Shown here in pieces: positions 27,667-37,266 of a stretch of DNA of 64,000 bases. This DNA is from Pseudolabrys sp. (GTDB taxonomy: Bacteria > Pseudomonadota > Alphaproteobacteria > Rhizobiales > Xanthobacteraceae): the NCBI GenBank assembly GCA_035701845.1, contig DASSRJ010000170.1:9175-73174 (forward strand). The letters run 5' to 3'. The notes under the pieces are model-generated. The model searched no databases. It was not told where the DNA came from and saw only the letters and a program-made list of their open reading frames with translations. A program made the position numbers and the translations under genes. Within the stretch, counting starts at the first letter, position 1, and every line of letters starts with the position of its first letter.

Positions 27667-29772
27667 TCAATTCGAGAGCCGCCGTATCCAAACTTTGTTG
27701 TCGTGGACGGCCGCTCCGCCGTAAGGCGCGATCGAATCCGCGCCGACGAGCGTATTGATGCCGCAGCCGTCGGCATAGGCGGCGTTCGGCCAGATCGATT
27801 CCGCAATCAGAACCCCTTGCCGCACGCCATCGAAAACGCGTGCGTGCAGACGCACTTCTCCCCGCTTGTTGCCGAGAACCACATAATCGCCGGTCGAGAT
27901 CCCGCGCGCCGCAGCGTCGTCGGGATGGATCATCACCGTCGGCCGGCTTTCCTGAGCCAGCGACGTCGGTGTCTCGTTGAAAGTCGAATTGAGGAAGCCG
28001 CGCGCCGGCGACGTAGAGAGCCGGAATGGATGCTTTTCATCCGTAACTTCGATCGATGTCCAGTAGTCTGGCAGCCGCGGCATGTCGGCAATCGGCCCGC
28101 TCTTGTAAGGGCTGCGAAACGGAACGTTGGGCCAGTCCGGCTTGAACCTGAACTTCCCGTCCGGCCAGGGAAAGCCATCGAGATAATGCGATTCACGGAA
28201 CGGCGGCTGACAGTCGATCCACTTGTTGGCCTCGATCTCGGCCAGCGTGCCCCGCTTCGACACCTGCAGCATCTGGTCGATGAGTTCGCGCGGGCTCATC
28301 ACAAAGCCGCGATGCCCGGCACCAAGCCGCTGCGCCAGCCCGCAGATCACCTCGTGATTGTTGCGGCACTCGCCCGGCGGTTCGACCAGTTTCGGTCCGA
28401 GAATGAGGTACTGGTGCCCGCCACCGCGGTAGATATCGTCGTGCTCGAGAAATGTCGTTGCCGGCAACACAACGTCCGCGACTTCCGCAGTTTCCGTCAT
28501 GAACTGCTCGTGCACGCAGACGAAGAGATCTTCGCGCGCAAACCCGCGTTTCACCTGCGTCTGGTCGGGACATACCGATACCGGATTGGTGTTCTGGATG
28601 ATCATCGCGGTGACCGGAGCACCGCCGTGCAGCGCCTCACGCTCCCCGGTCAGGATTGCCCCGACACGCGATTGATCCAGCATCCGGATCGACCGATCCC
28701 AGGCGTCAAGACCCTCGATCAACGTCTTGTCGAGCCTGAAAATGTCGGCGCTGATATGGAAGGCGCCACCGCCCTCGTATTGCCAGGCGCCCGTCACCGC
28801 CGGAATGCAACTCGCCGCGTGCATGTTCACCGGGCCATTGCGCGAGCGCGAAAAGCCGTAACCAAGACGGAAAAACGCACGCTTGCGTTCTCCGATCAGC
28901 CGCGCAAATTCCTCGATTGTCTCCACAGGGGCACCGGTGATTGCAGCGGCCCATTGCGGATCGCGCGAGCGCAGATGCGCTTCGAGCTCGCGTGGAGCAT
29001 CGGTATATTTTTCGAGATAGCCCCAGTCGGCTCTGCCGTCACGGAACAGGCAATGCATGACCGCGCAAGCGAGCGCGCCATCGGTGCCCGGCTTGATAAG
29101 CACAGGCAGGTCGGCCTGCTCCATCGTTCCGTTCATGTAGATGTCAACAGCCGCAATCTTGGCGCCCCGCTCTTTCCGCGCGCGCACCGCATGGGTCATG
29201 ACATTGATCTGCGTGTTCACCGCGTTGGTGCCCCAGATGATCACCAAATCCGATTTCGCCATCTCGCGCGGATCAACGCCGGCGATGCGTCCGATTCCGG
29301 CGGCGTAGCCGGCATAAGCGGGGTTGACGCAGATGGTCGAGTGAAATCCGGAGTATTTCTTGACATGGCGCAGGCGATTGATGCCGTCGCGCATCACCAG
29401 GCCCATCGTGCCTGCGTAGTAGTAGGGCCAGACGCTTTCCGCGCCATAGCGGCGCTCGGCTTCGATGAATTTCTCGGCCACAAGATCGAGCGCGTCGTCC
29501 CACGAGATACGTTCGAATTTTCCCGAACCCTTGGCGCCGGTACGGCGCAGCGGGTGCAGCAGGCGCCCGGCATGATGCTCGCGTTCGGCGTAGCGCGCGA
29601 CCTTGGCGCAGATCACGCCGGCCGTATAGTCGTTGTCTTCTGAGCCGCGCACGCGTCCGATCGTGCGCTCGTCGAGAATCTCCACCTCCAGCGCGCAGGT
29701 CGACGGGCAATCATGCGGACAGGCCGAGTGGCCGATCCGCACCGCCTTCGCGAGCTGTACCGATTGGTTCAT
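27667..29772 (-). CDS. Molybdopterin-dependent oxidoreductase, uncharacterised cytoplasmic subfamily
   Basis: CPHDCPSTC...C Fe-S motif, ISWDDAL, WGTN, DVVLPATTFLE and a C-terminal MopB_CT-like domain; no Tat signal. Confidence 0.92.
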   Translation of the reverse strand: MNQSVQLAKAVRIGHSACPHDCPSTCALEVEILDERTIGRVRGSEDNDYTAGVICAKVARYAEREHHAGRLLHPLRRTGAKGSGKFERISWDDALDLVAEKFIEAERRYGAESVWPYYYAGTMGLVMRDGINRLRHVKKYSGFHSTICVNPAYAGYAAGIGRIAGVDPREMAKSDLVIIWGTNAVNTQINVMTHAVRARKERGAKIAAVDIYMNGTMEQADLPVLIKPGTDGALACAVMHCLFRDGRADWGYLEKYTDAPRELEAHLRSRDPQWAAAITGAPVETIEEFARLIGERKRAFFRLGYGFSRSRNGPVNMHAASCIPAVTGAWQYEGGGAFHISADIFRLDKTLIEGLDAWDRSIRMLDQSRVGAILTGEREALHGGAPVTAMIIQNTNPVSVCPDQTQVKRGFAREDLFVCVHEQFMTETAEVADVVLPATTFLEHDDIYRGGGHQYLILGPKLVEPPGECRNNHEVICGLAQRLGAGHRGFVMSPRELIDQMLQVSKRGTLAEIEANKWIDCQPPFRESHYLDGFPWPDGKFRFKPDWPNVPFRSPYKSGPIADMPRLPDYWTSIEVTDEKHPFRLSTSPARGFLNSTFNETPTSLAQESRPTVMIHPDDAAARGISTGDYVVLGNKRGEVRLHARVFDGVRQGVLIAESIWPNAAYADGCGINTLVGADSIAPYGGAAVHDNKVWIRRLSN

Positions 29773-29798
29773 GGCTCCGCAGTATAGCCGATTGCGGG

Positions 29799-30566
29799 CT
29801 AGGATTCGCTCTCCGGCTGAAGCCTGGAACGGCGCCACAAGCCGCCGACCAGAAGCACCAGGGCGGCGCCCACCGCGGCCGCGCCGATTTCGACCTTGTG
29901 CGCCGTCGCAGCCCCGTACTGGCTGGTCAGCCAGTTCGCGATCACCGGATCGGTAGCGATGACTTCGCCCACAATCCAGCCGAGCAAAGCGGCGCCGGCC
30001 CAAACCAGGATCGGGAACCGATCGAGAAGAGACATGATCAGCGCGGCTCCTGCCACGATCAGGGGAATGCTGATTCCCAGGCCAATGACGAGCAGCGCCA
30101 TGTTGCCGCCTGCCGCGGCGGCGATCGCAATCACGTTATCAAGGCTCATAATGATATCGGCAATCGCAACGATACGGACCGCACGCCAGAGGTGCTCGGC
30201 TGCTTCGGCCTCGCTCTCGTCCGGATCATCCGGAACGAGCAATTTCGCCGCTATGTAGAACAACGCGAGGCCACCGACGATCTTGAGGTAGGGGAGCAGC
30301 ATCAGCGAGGCGACGACACCGGTGAAGATCACCCGCAGCCCGACGGCAACACCGGCGCCAAGGATCATGCCCCAGATCCGCTGGCGGTGCGGCAAGCCGC
30401 GGCACGCCATCGCGATGACGACCGCGTTGTCGCCCGACAGCAGAATGTTGATCCACATGATCTTGGCGAGCGCGATCCAGAACTCGGTATGACCTATGTC
30501 GTTCCAGCCGGAGCTGACCAGCGCCCACCAGCTCGCAGGATCCATAAACTGTGACATCGAGCCCAC
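29799..30566 (-). CDS. TerC family membrane protein (YjbE-like)
   Basis: LLSGDNAVVIAMA and ADIIMSLDNVIAIAAAA. Confidence 0.92.
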   Translation of the reverse strand: MGSMSQFMDPASWWALVSSGWNDIGHTEFWIALAKIMWINILLSGDNAVVIAMACRGLPHRQRIWGMILGAGVAVGLRVIFTGVVASLMLLPYLKIVGGLALFYIAAKLLVPDDPDESEAEAAEHLWRAVRIVAIADIIMSLDNVIAIAAAAGGNMALLVIGLGISIPLIVAGAALIMSLLDRFPILVWAGAALLGWIVGEVIATDPVIANWLTSQYGAATAHKVEIGAAAVGAALVLLVGGLWRRSRLQPESES

Positions 30567-30659
30567 TTGCCTCTCCTCCCCTGCACCGCGTTCTGATGCT
30601 CGCGGTTTGTCCCGGTATTCGGCAAGGACCGGTACCGCCCTTGCGATTACGCGCTGCCT

Positions 30660-31082
30660 CTATCCGACGATTTCGTTGTCCGAAAAGAATTGTGCAATTT
30701 CCCGTACCGCGGTGTCAGGAGCATCCGAGCCGTGCACCGAGTTTTCACCGATTGACCTTGCGTGGATTTTACGGATCGTCCCGTCAGCCGCCTTTGCCGG
30801 ATCGGTGGCGCCCATGACTTCGCGATACCGCGCAATGGCGTTCTCGCCTTCAAGAACCTGCACGACGACGGGACCCGAGATCATGAATTCGACGAGCTCG
30901 CGAAAGAACGGCCGCTCGCGATGCACCGCATAGAATTTCTCCGCCTGCTCGCGCGAAATGCGCACGCGCTTCTGCGCCACAATTCGCAATCCGGCCTTTT
31001 CGATGATGGCGTTGATCGCGCCGGTCAAATTACGTTCGGTCGCATCGGGCTTCAGAATCGAAAAAGTACGCTCTACAGCCAT
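30660..31082 (-). CDS. ndk: Nucleoside diphosphate kinase
   Basis: [16 protein letters not shown] and NSVHGSD. Confidence 0.98.
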   Translation of the reverse strand: MAVERTFSILKPDATERNLTGAINAIIEKAGLRIVAQKRVRISREQAEKFYAVHRERPFFRELVEFMISGPVVVQVLEGENAIARYREVMGATDPAKAADGTIRKIHARSIGENSVHGSDAPDTAVREIAQFFSDNEIVG

Positions 31083-31223
31083 CCTACTGTCCTTCACTGG
31101 AATTAATCGGTGAGTTTAAGGGGTTTCATTTGGCGAGACCGGATCGCGCGGCTTATACCGGGGGGCATTTCAGGCGGCAAGATCAGCCCGCAACGGCGGC
31201 AGACTTCGCGCAGGAGACAGAAA

Positions 31224-31751
31224 ATGCTGGCCCATTACCGGATGTTCGCCGGGTACAATGCCTGGTGCAATGAGCGGCTCTACGCGGCTGCCGCGCAGAT
31301 TCCAGATGCCGCATACCGGGCCGATCGGGGAGCTTATTTCCGGTCCCTTCACGGCACACTCAATCATTTGCTTGTGGGTGACCGCATCTGGATGCGGCGT
31401 TTTACCGCCCAGGGCGAAGTCTCGCCCGGTCTCGATGCCATCCTTTACGACGATTTTTCCCGGTTGCGCGCAGCGCGCCGCTCCGAGGATGCACGGATCA
31501 GCGATTACGTCGGACGTCTGAACGAGAGTGATCTCTCAAAACCCATCCGATATCGGACCTTCGTTAATCCCCAGGACATAGAACAGATACTCGCGCCGGC
31601 GCTCGATCATTTCTTCAATCATCAGACCCATCATCGCGGCCAGGCCCACGCGCTGGTCAGCGGAATATTGGGCAATGACAGAACGCCAAGTTTTGATTTG
31701 ATCATCTACCAGCGCGAGACCGGCGAAGGAGGCCTGCGAACAGTCGGCTGA
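31224..31751 (+). CDS. DinB/YfiT-like family protein
   Basis: AGGAG SD; YNAWCNERLY, SLHGTLNHLLVGD and HFFNHQTHHRGQ. Confidence 0.92.
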   Translation: MLAHYRMFAGYNAWCNERLYAAAAQIPDAAYRADRGAYFRSLHGTLNHLLVGDRIWMRRFTAQGEVSPGLDAILYDDFSRLRAARRSEDARISDYVGRLNESDLSKPIRYRTFVNPQDIEQILAPALDHFFNHQTHHRGQAHALVSGILGNDRTPSFDLIIYQRETGEGGLRTVG

Positions 31752-31757
31752 TGCGCC

Positions 31758-32468
31758 TTACTGGACGTAGCTGCGCTCGAAATTCTGACTCGCGGTCTTG
31801 GGCGCGCCGGATTTTTTCTTTGGCGTCTTCTTGGCCGGAGCGCCGGCGGGCTTTGGCTGCTCGGGCGCGCGGTCGATGACCTTAAGCCTGCCGTCGGCAA
31901 ATGTGTAAATTCCGGGCCAAGGTCCACTGAGAAAAGTCAGCACCGCCCGGCGCTCGCCTTTGTCGCCGGCGCTGATCGCTACGTTGGTCGGAACGCCCGC
32001 CCGTTGCACGGTCTGGCATTCCGTCATGCCGAGCGCGATACCGCCCGCAACCTGGGGCATCGTCGGCTCGGGCTTCTCAAGGCTTGGCCCAGCACCAGTC
32101 GAAGTACGCGCCGGCGCCGCTGCGCCGGCAAGATCCCCGGCAACCGAGCCGACGTCACGGTCGGCACTCGCAGGCGCTTCGGATTGAGCCGGCGCGGACT
32201 CTGCTGCTTGCGCGGTCGCGGCTGGCGGCGGCGCGCACCGGCCATCGGCACCCACCAGGTCTTCCGGGCCCACCGGACCGTGCGGACCGAGGCTGACCTT
32301 TGACGTGCTGGGACGCGCCCAAGCGGGCTTGCTGAAGACATCCGCCGGCTTGAACAATCCGCCTTCGTTCTGATCATCCAAAATATGCGTCGTATTCTTG
32401 CAGCCGCCGACGAGGAGTACGGCACTGCAGACGAGTGCAAAACTGACGGAAACGCGGTGACGCGGCAA
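31758..32468 (-). CDS. Conserved hypothetical lipoprotein
   Basis: Lipobox-like LLVGGC; Pro/Ala linker; compact domain GIALGMTEC...PGIYTFADGRL; Lys-rich tail. Confidence 0.7.
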   Translation of the reverse strand: MPRHRVSVSFALVCSAVLLVGGCKNTTHILDDQNEGGLFKPADVFSKPAWARPSTSKVSLGPHGPVGPEDLVGADGRCAPPPAATAQAAESAPAQSEAPASADRDVGSVAGDLAGAAAPARTSTGAGPSLEKPEPTMPQVAGGIALGMTECQTVQRAGVPTNVAISAGDKGERRAVLTFLSGPWPGIYTFADGRLKVIDRAPEQPKPAGAPAKKTPKKKSGAPKTASQNFERSYVQ

Positions 32469-32636
32469 ACTTCCGATCCCGGCTGACTTATCTGCTTGTC
32501 CCTTAAAACGTATTTTGCGTCATCACAATGGCGCGCGGCAAGCCCGTGTCGTTCAAAGGATTACCTGAGATCGGCCATTGGCGGATCGTGCATTGGCCGA
32601 CCGCCCGGAGCCGGAACCTCAACGCGCTTCCTTGCT

Positions 32637-33089
32637 TCAGCTCTTTTTTGTCCAGCGCCCGCGTTCGTCCGCTTGCCAATAGGTTGCCTCAAAACCTTTC
32701 GCCCTGACATCGGACCAGTGCGCACGTGCCGCAGCCACAGCTTCCTCGTCGTCACCATCGAACACCAGCACGATCCGCTGATACCGTTCGACGTCAGCGG
32801 GCAACGGTGCGCGATCGACAAGGAAACGTACGGTCGCACCATTTGGATTGCCGTCATTGGAGGTGAGCAGGACCGGTTGCTGTGCCGCCTCGGATTCGCG
32901 CCATGTGCCGTGCGGGAGAAAGCCATCGTCGCGGTAAGTCCACAAATGCGCGTCAAGTGCTTCGATGCGCTCGTCGGTGGAACCCTGCACCACAACTTTC
33001 CAGCCCCGTTCCAGCGATTTCTCGAGCAGCGCAGGCAACACGTTTTCGAGTTTCTGCCCCTGCATATGATAAAATAAGATCTCGGTCAT
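32637..33089 (-). CDS. holC: DNA polymerase III chi subunit
   Basis: MTEILFYH, LDAHLWTY...FLPHG and QPVLL; directly downstream of pepA. Confidence 0.95.
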   Translation of the reverse strand: MTEILFYHMQGQKLENVLPALLEKSLERGWKVVVQGSTDERIEALDAHLWTYRDDGFLPHGTWRESEAAQQPVLLTSNDGNPNGATVRFLVDRAPLPADVERYQRIVLVFDGDDEEAVAAARAHWSDVRAKGFEATYWQADERGRWTKKS

Positions 33090-33109
33090 GGGAGTGGATG
33101 CCACTGTCG

Positions 33110-34612
33110 CTATTTTTCGTAGTGATCCGCAACAAGCCGATCGAGAAGCCGCACCCCCCAACCGGAACCCCAGCTTTTGTTGATATCGGTCTGCCGCGAG
33201 TCGAACCCTGTTCCCGCAATGTCCAGGTGAGCCCATGGAATTTTGTCGTCAACGAAGCGCTTGATGAATTGCGCGGCCGTGATCGCACCACCCCAACGGC
33301 TTCCACCCGTATTCTTCATGTCTGCGAACTTGGAATCGATCATCTTGTCGTACTCGGGAGCAAGCGGCATGCGCCAGACCAGCTCTCCCGTCTCATTCCC
33401 TGCTTTGGTCAGGCGCTCGGCAAGCTGATCGTTGTTCGAAAACATGCCGGCGTATTCCTGTCCGAGCGCAACCATGATTGCGCCCGTCAGGGTTGCCAGA
33501 TCCACTATGAATTTCGGCTTGAAGCGCTGCGCCGCGTACCAGATCACGTCCGCAAGAACGAGCCGACCCTCCGCATCCGTATTGATAATCTCGATCGTCT
33601 GTCCCGACATTGATTTGACGATGTCGCCGGGGCGCTGCGCATTGCCATCCGGCATGTTCTCGACCAGACCAATGAGCCCGACGGCATTTACCCGCGCCTT
33701 GCGTGCCGCGAGCGCATGCATCAGCCCGACGACGCAGGCCGCGCCAGCCATATCGCCCTTCATGTCCTCCATGCCGGAAGCCGGCTTGATCGAGATACCT
33801 CCGGTATCGAAGCAGACGCCTTTGCCGATGAATGCGGCGGGAGCCTCCCCCGCTCTTCCGCCGTTCCAACGCATCACCACGACGCGGCTTTCGCGCGCCG
33901 AACCCTGGCCGACACCGAGAAGAGCGTTCATGCCGAGTTTCTTCATCGCCCTGGCATCAAGGACTTCGACTGCGACACGAAGTTTTTTCAATGCCCCCGC
34001 TCGGCGCGCGAATTCTTCCGGGTGAAGGACGTTGGCGGGCTCGTTGACCAAATCACGGGCCAGGACGACGCCGTCGGAAATTGCCGTGCGCGGCGCATCC
34101 GCTTTGCGCACGGCGGCGATATCACCGACAGCGATGGTGACGTTCCGAACGTCGGGCGGCTTTTCGTCTTCCTTGCGTTTGGTCTTGTAGCGATCGAAGG
34201 CGTAGGCGCGCAGGCGCACCCCCTGCGCCAGATCTGCCGCCTGCTCCGCCCGCATGGCGCCGCCCGGCAGTTCGGCGAAGATGCTGGCGTCGGCGGTCGA
34301 ATTCGGCAGCCTGCCGACCGCAAGACCCCCGAGCCGGATAAAGTCCTTTGGCGAGAGGTCGGCGACCTTCCCGACGCCGATCACGACCAGACGCGACGCC
34401 TTGAGCCCGGCCGGCATCACGAGGTCCAAGGTTGAGCTTTTTTTCCCTTTAAACCCTTCTGACCTCGCAGCGCTCGCCACCATTTCGGTGACCCCGCCGA
34501 GCACCTTGCGGGTCGCTGGGCCGAATCTCAGGCCATCATCGCAAAACACCACGAACGCGCCCCTTGCGGGAGCCGTAAAGGGGCCAAAGCCAAGCTTCAG
34601 AACGTTGGGCAT
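33110..34612 (-). CDS. pepA: Leucyl aminopeptidase (M17)
   Basis: [25 protein letters not shown] and WAHLDIAG. Confidence 0.97.
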   Translation of the reverse strand: MPNVLKLGFGPFTAPARGAFVVFCDDGLRFGPATRKVLGGVTEMVASAARSEGFKGKKSSTLDLVMPAGLKASRLVVIGVGKVADLSPKDFIRLGGLAVGRLPNSTADASIFAELPGGAMRAEQAADLAQGVRLRAYAFDRYKTKRKEDEKPPDVRNVTIAVGDIAAVRKADAPRTAISDGVVLARDLVNEPANVLHPEEFARRAGALKKLRVAVEVLDARAMKKLGMNALLGVGQGSARESRVVVMRWNGGRAGEAPAAFIGKGVCFDTGGISIKPASGMEDMKGDMAGAACVVGLMHALAARKARVNAVGLIGLVENMPDGNAQRPGDIVKSMSGQTIEIINTDAEGRLVLADVIWYAAQRFKPKFIVDLATLTGAIMVALGQEYAGMFSNNDQLAERLTKAGNETGELVWRMPLAPEYDKMIDSKFADMKNTGGSRWGGAITAAQFIKRFVDDKIPWAHLDIAGTGFDSRQTDINKSWGSGWGVRLLDRLVADHYEK

Positions 34613-34767
34613 CGAAAAAAGGTCCTTTTAGGCAGGGGCGCAGTCGGCGGGAGCGTGTTTGGTCCATATGGCGCCGACGCCGGGTCCCTGCAAAGCCTAA
34701 TTGCCCGGCTTTCAGCGTTTTCCTCACGGATCCGGTCGGTTTGGCGGCAAAAACATCAGCAATTTAC

Positions 34768-34781
34768 GGTATTTAAATACC
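34768..34781. promoter_or_regulatory. Perfect 14-bp palindrome, operator-like
   Basis: GGTATTTAAATACC in the pepA/lptF divergent region. Confidence 0.4.
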
Positions 34782-34989
34782 AACCCGGTCAGTGGCCGAA
34801 CACGCTTCTCCCCCGTCTACGGCAGCCGCAGCTTTTACGTTTTGTTGTGCATGTTCAACGGCTTTGCCTTTGCCCGGCCATTTTGTCAGGCGATCAAGGT
34901 AAGTCTGACGGCGTGACTTTTAAGCTGAAGACATGGCGCCTGGTGGGGGAACCATGCGCGGGGTCCGGTTCATGCCGGATCAGGGGACG

Positions 34990-36159
34990 ATGCTGCGGAT
35001 GGGGTCCATCAACGAATACATTTTGCGCACTACGCTTGGTGCGTTCCTGATCGTGCTGGTCAGCCTGACCGCTGTGATCTGGGTGACGCAGGCGTTGCGC
35101 GACATCGACATCATGACGAGCCAGGGGCAGACCATTCTTGTCTTCGTCGGCATCACCGGCCTGATCATACCCCTGCTGATTCTGGTGATTGCGCCCATCG
35201 CGTTGCTGATCGCGGTCGCGCATGTGCTCAACAAACTGTCCAACGATTCAGAAATCATCGTCATGAACGCGGCAGGCATGTCGCCTTGGGTTTTGTTCCG
35301 CGCGTTCATCGCGGCCGCCCTGGTCGTGTCGCTGCTCGTCGGCGCGATCAGCGCCTATTTCGCCCCAAAGGGCCTTCGCATGCTGCGCGACTGGCTGACC
35401 GAAGTTCGCGCCAACGTCGTCAGCAGCATCGTTCAACCCGGGCGCTTTACGACGATCGAAAACGGCGTGACCATTCACATCCGAGAGCGGCGTCCGAACG
35501 GCCAACTGGCCGGAATATTTCTGGACGATCGACGCAATCCGAACGAGCGCATTACCGTCCTTTCGGAAATCGGCGAACTGCTCGAGAATGAAAGCGGCAC
35601 ATACCTGGTCCTTCAAAAGGGTATCGTCCAGCGGCAGGAGACCGGCCAGCGCGATCCCGCGATGGTCGTCTTCGATCGCTACGCTTTCGATCTATCGCAA
35701 TTCGCCGGAGGCGCGCAGTCCGCCAAATACTCGATCCGCGAGCGTTATCTCTGGCAACTGTTGTTTCCTGACCCGAAGGACCAGTTCTACATCGAGCAGC
35801 CCGGCCAGTTCAGGGCCGAATTGCACGACCGGCTGATGGCGCCGCTTTACCCGCTTGCATTCGTTGTCATCGCTTATGCCTATCTCGGCGCTCCCCGTAC
35901 GACCCGCCAGAGCCGTACATTGTCGATGCTTGGCGCAATCGGCGGCGTTGCCCTGCTGCGCTTGATCGGATTCGCCTCGACCGTCTTTGGCGCCACTATC
36001 CCCTGGGTGCTCGCGCTGCAGTATCTGACTTTGGCCGCTGCAATCGGTGCTGGCCTGTACGTCATACGCCGCGGTGTGATCATTGAACCTCCTGTCCTCA
36101 TCTCCGATTGGCTCGCCGCGCTCACCGAGCGTCTGGGCCGACGTTTCGTTGCACCGTGA
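34990..36159 (+). CDS. lptF: LPS export ABC transporter permease LptF
   Basis: YjgP/Q topology, DSEIIVMNAAG and ELHDR; divergent from pepA. Confidence 0.93.
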   Translation: MLRMGSINEYILRTTLGAFLIVLVSLTAVIWVTQALRDIDIMTSQGQTILVFVGITGLIIPLLILVIAPIALLIAVAHVLNKLSNDSEIIVMNAAGMSPWVLFRAFIAAALVVSLLVGAISAYFAPKGLRMLRDWLTEVRANVVSSIVQPGRFTTIENGVTIHIRERRPNGQLAGIFLDDRRNPNERITVLSEIGELLENESGTYLVLQKGIVQRQETGQRDPAMVVFDRYAFDLSQFAGGAQSAKYSIRERYLWQLLFPDPKDQFYIEQPGQFRAELHDRLMAPLYPLAFVVIAYAYLGAPRTTRQSRTLSMLGAIGGVALLRLIGFASTVFGATIPWVLALQYLTLAAAIGAGLYVIRRGVIIEPPVLISDWLAALTERLGRRFVAP

Positions 36160-36168
36160 TGTGACCCT

Positions 36169-37266
36169 ATGCCGATCATCGCCGGAACACTTGCACGGTA
36201 CTTCGGGCTGCGATTTGTCAACGCAGTGTTGGTGGTCTTCGTCGGCATCTTCGCACTGGTCGCATTGATCGATTACATCGAGTTGATGCGGCGTGCCGGT
36301 GATATTCCAAACGTATCGGCTGCACTTGTCGCGAAGACCTCGTTATATCGCGTACCACAAGTGGTCGAACGCATCCTGCCGTTCTGCGTGCTGATCGGTG
36401 CCATGTCCTGCTATCTCAACTTGTCCCGACGGCTTGAGCTGGTGGTTGCCCGGTCAGCCGGAATGTCCGCGTGGCAGTTCGTCATGCCGGCCGTCGTGAC
36501 CGCATTCGTGTTCGGTGTCATTGCCACCGCCGTCTACAATCCAATATCGGCCACTTTGCAGGAGCGCTCGAAGCGCTTCGAGGCTGAACTTTTCGGGCAG
36601 ACGGCAACAGCGCTCGGCCGGAGCGGCGGCACCTTCTGGATGAATCAGCGTACTGACGAAGGGCAGGCCATCATCAACGCAGCTGGTAGCCGCGACCAGG
36701 GTATCAATCTCAACGGAGTGTCGATTTATGTGTTTGACACCGACGGTCGTTTCAAACAGCGGATCGAAGCGCGCGCCGCCGTTCTGATCCCTGGCGCATG
36801 GATCCTGCGAGACACCCGCATCTATGGGCTCGGCACCGTCCCCACCACCGAACCGGAATACCGGCTCAAGACCAGCCTGACCCCCGAGCAAGTCCGGGAA
36901 AGTTTTGCTACTCCCGAAACCGTCCCGTTCTGGGATCTGCCCGTGTATATTCAGATTGCCGAGCACGCGGGACTCGTGGCCGCAGGCTATAGGTTGCAGT
37001 TTCAAAAGCTTTTGGCGCGGCCATTTTTGCTTGCAGCGATGGTACTTCTTGCAGCTGCTGTAAGTCTACGCTTCTTCCGCTTCGGCGGAATCCAGAAGAT
37101 GGTTTTAAGTGGCATAGCTGCCGGGTTTCTGCTTTACGTTTTATCGAAAGTAACTGAAGATTTGAGCAAGGCTGAGCTGATGCACCCTGTAACAGCAGCT
37201 TGGCTGCCCGTGATCGTTGGCGGCGTCACGGGGTTTGTCGCGTTGTTGTACCAGGAGGACGGGTGA
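36169..37266 (+). CDS. lptG: LPS export ABC transporter permease LptG
   Basis: RLELVVARSAG and AAWLP; follows lptF. Confidence 0.93.
   Translation: MPIIAGTLARYFGLRFVNAVLVVFVGIFALVALIDYIELMRRAGDIPNVSAALVAKTSLYRVPQVVERILPFCVLIGAMSCYLNLSRRLELVVARSAGMSAWQFVMPAVVTAFVFGVIATAVYNPISATLQERSKRFEAELFGQTATALGRSGGTFWMNQRTDEGQAIINAAGSRDQGINLNGVSIYVFDTDGRFKQRIEARAAVLIPGAWILRDTRIYGLGTVPTTEPEYRLKTSLTPEQVRESFATPETVPFWDLPVYIQIAEHAGLVAAGYRLQFQKLLARPFLLAAMVLLAAAVSLRFFRFGGIQKMVLSGIAAGFLLYVLSKVTEDLSKAELMHPVTAAWLPVIVGGVTGFVALLYQEDG

Noticed and set aside
27703-29643. 646-aa antisense ORF, and similar long ones at 13436-14686, 20606-21958, 44468-45721 and 59961-61190
   Set aside because: In-register shadows of real genes caused by high GC3 codon bias; no motifs of their own.
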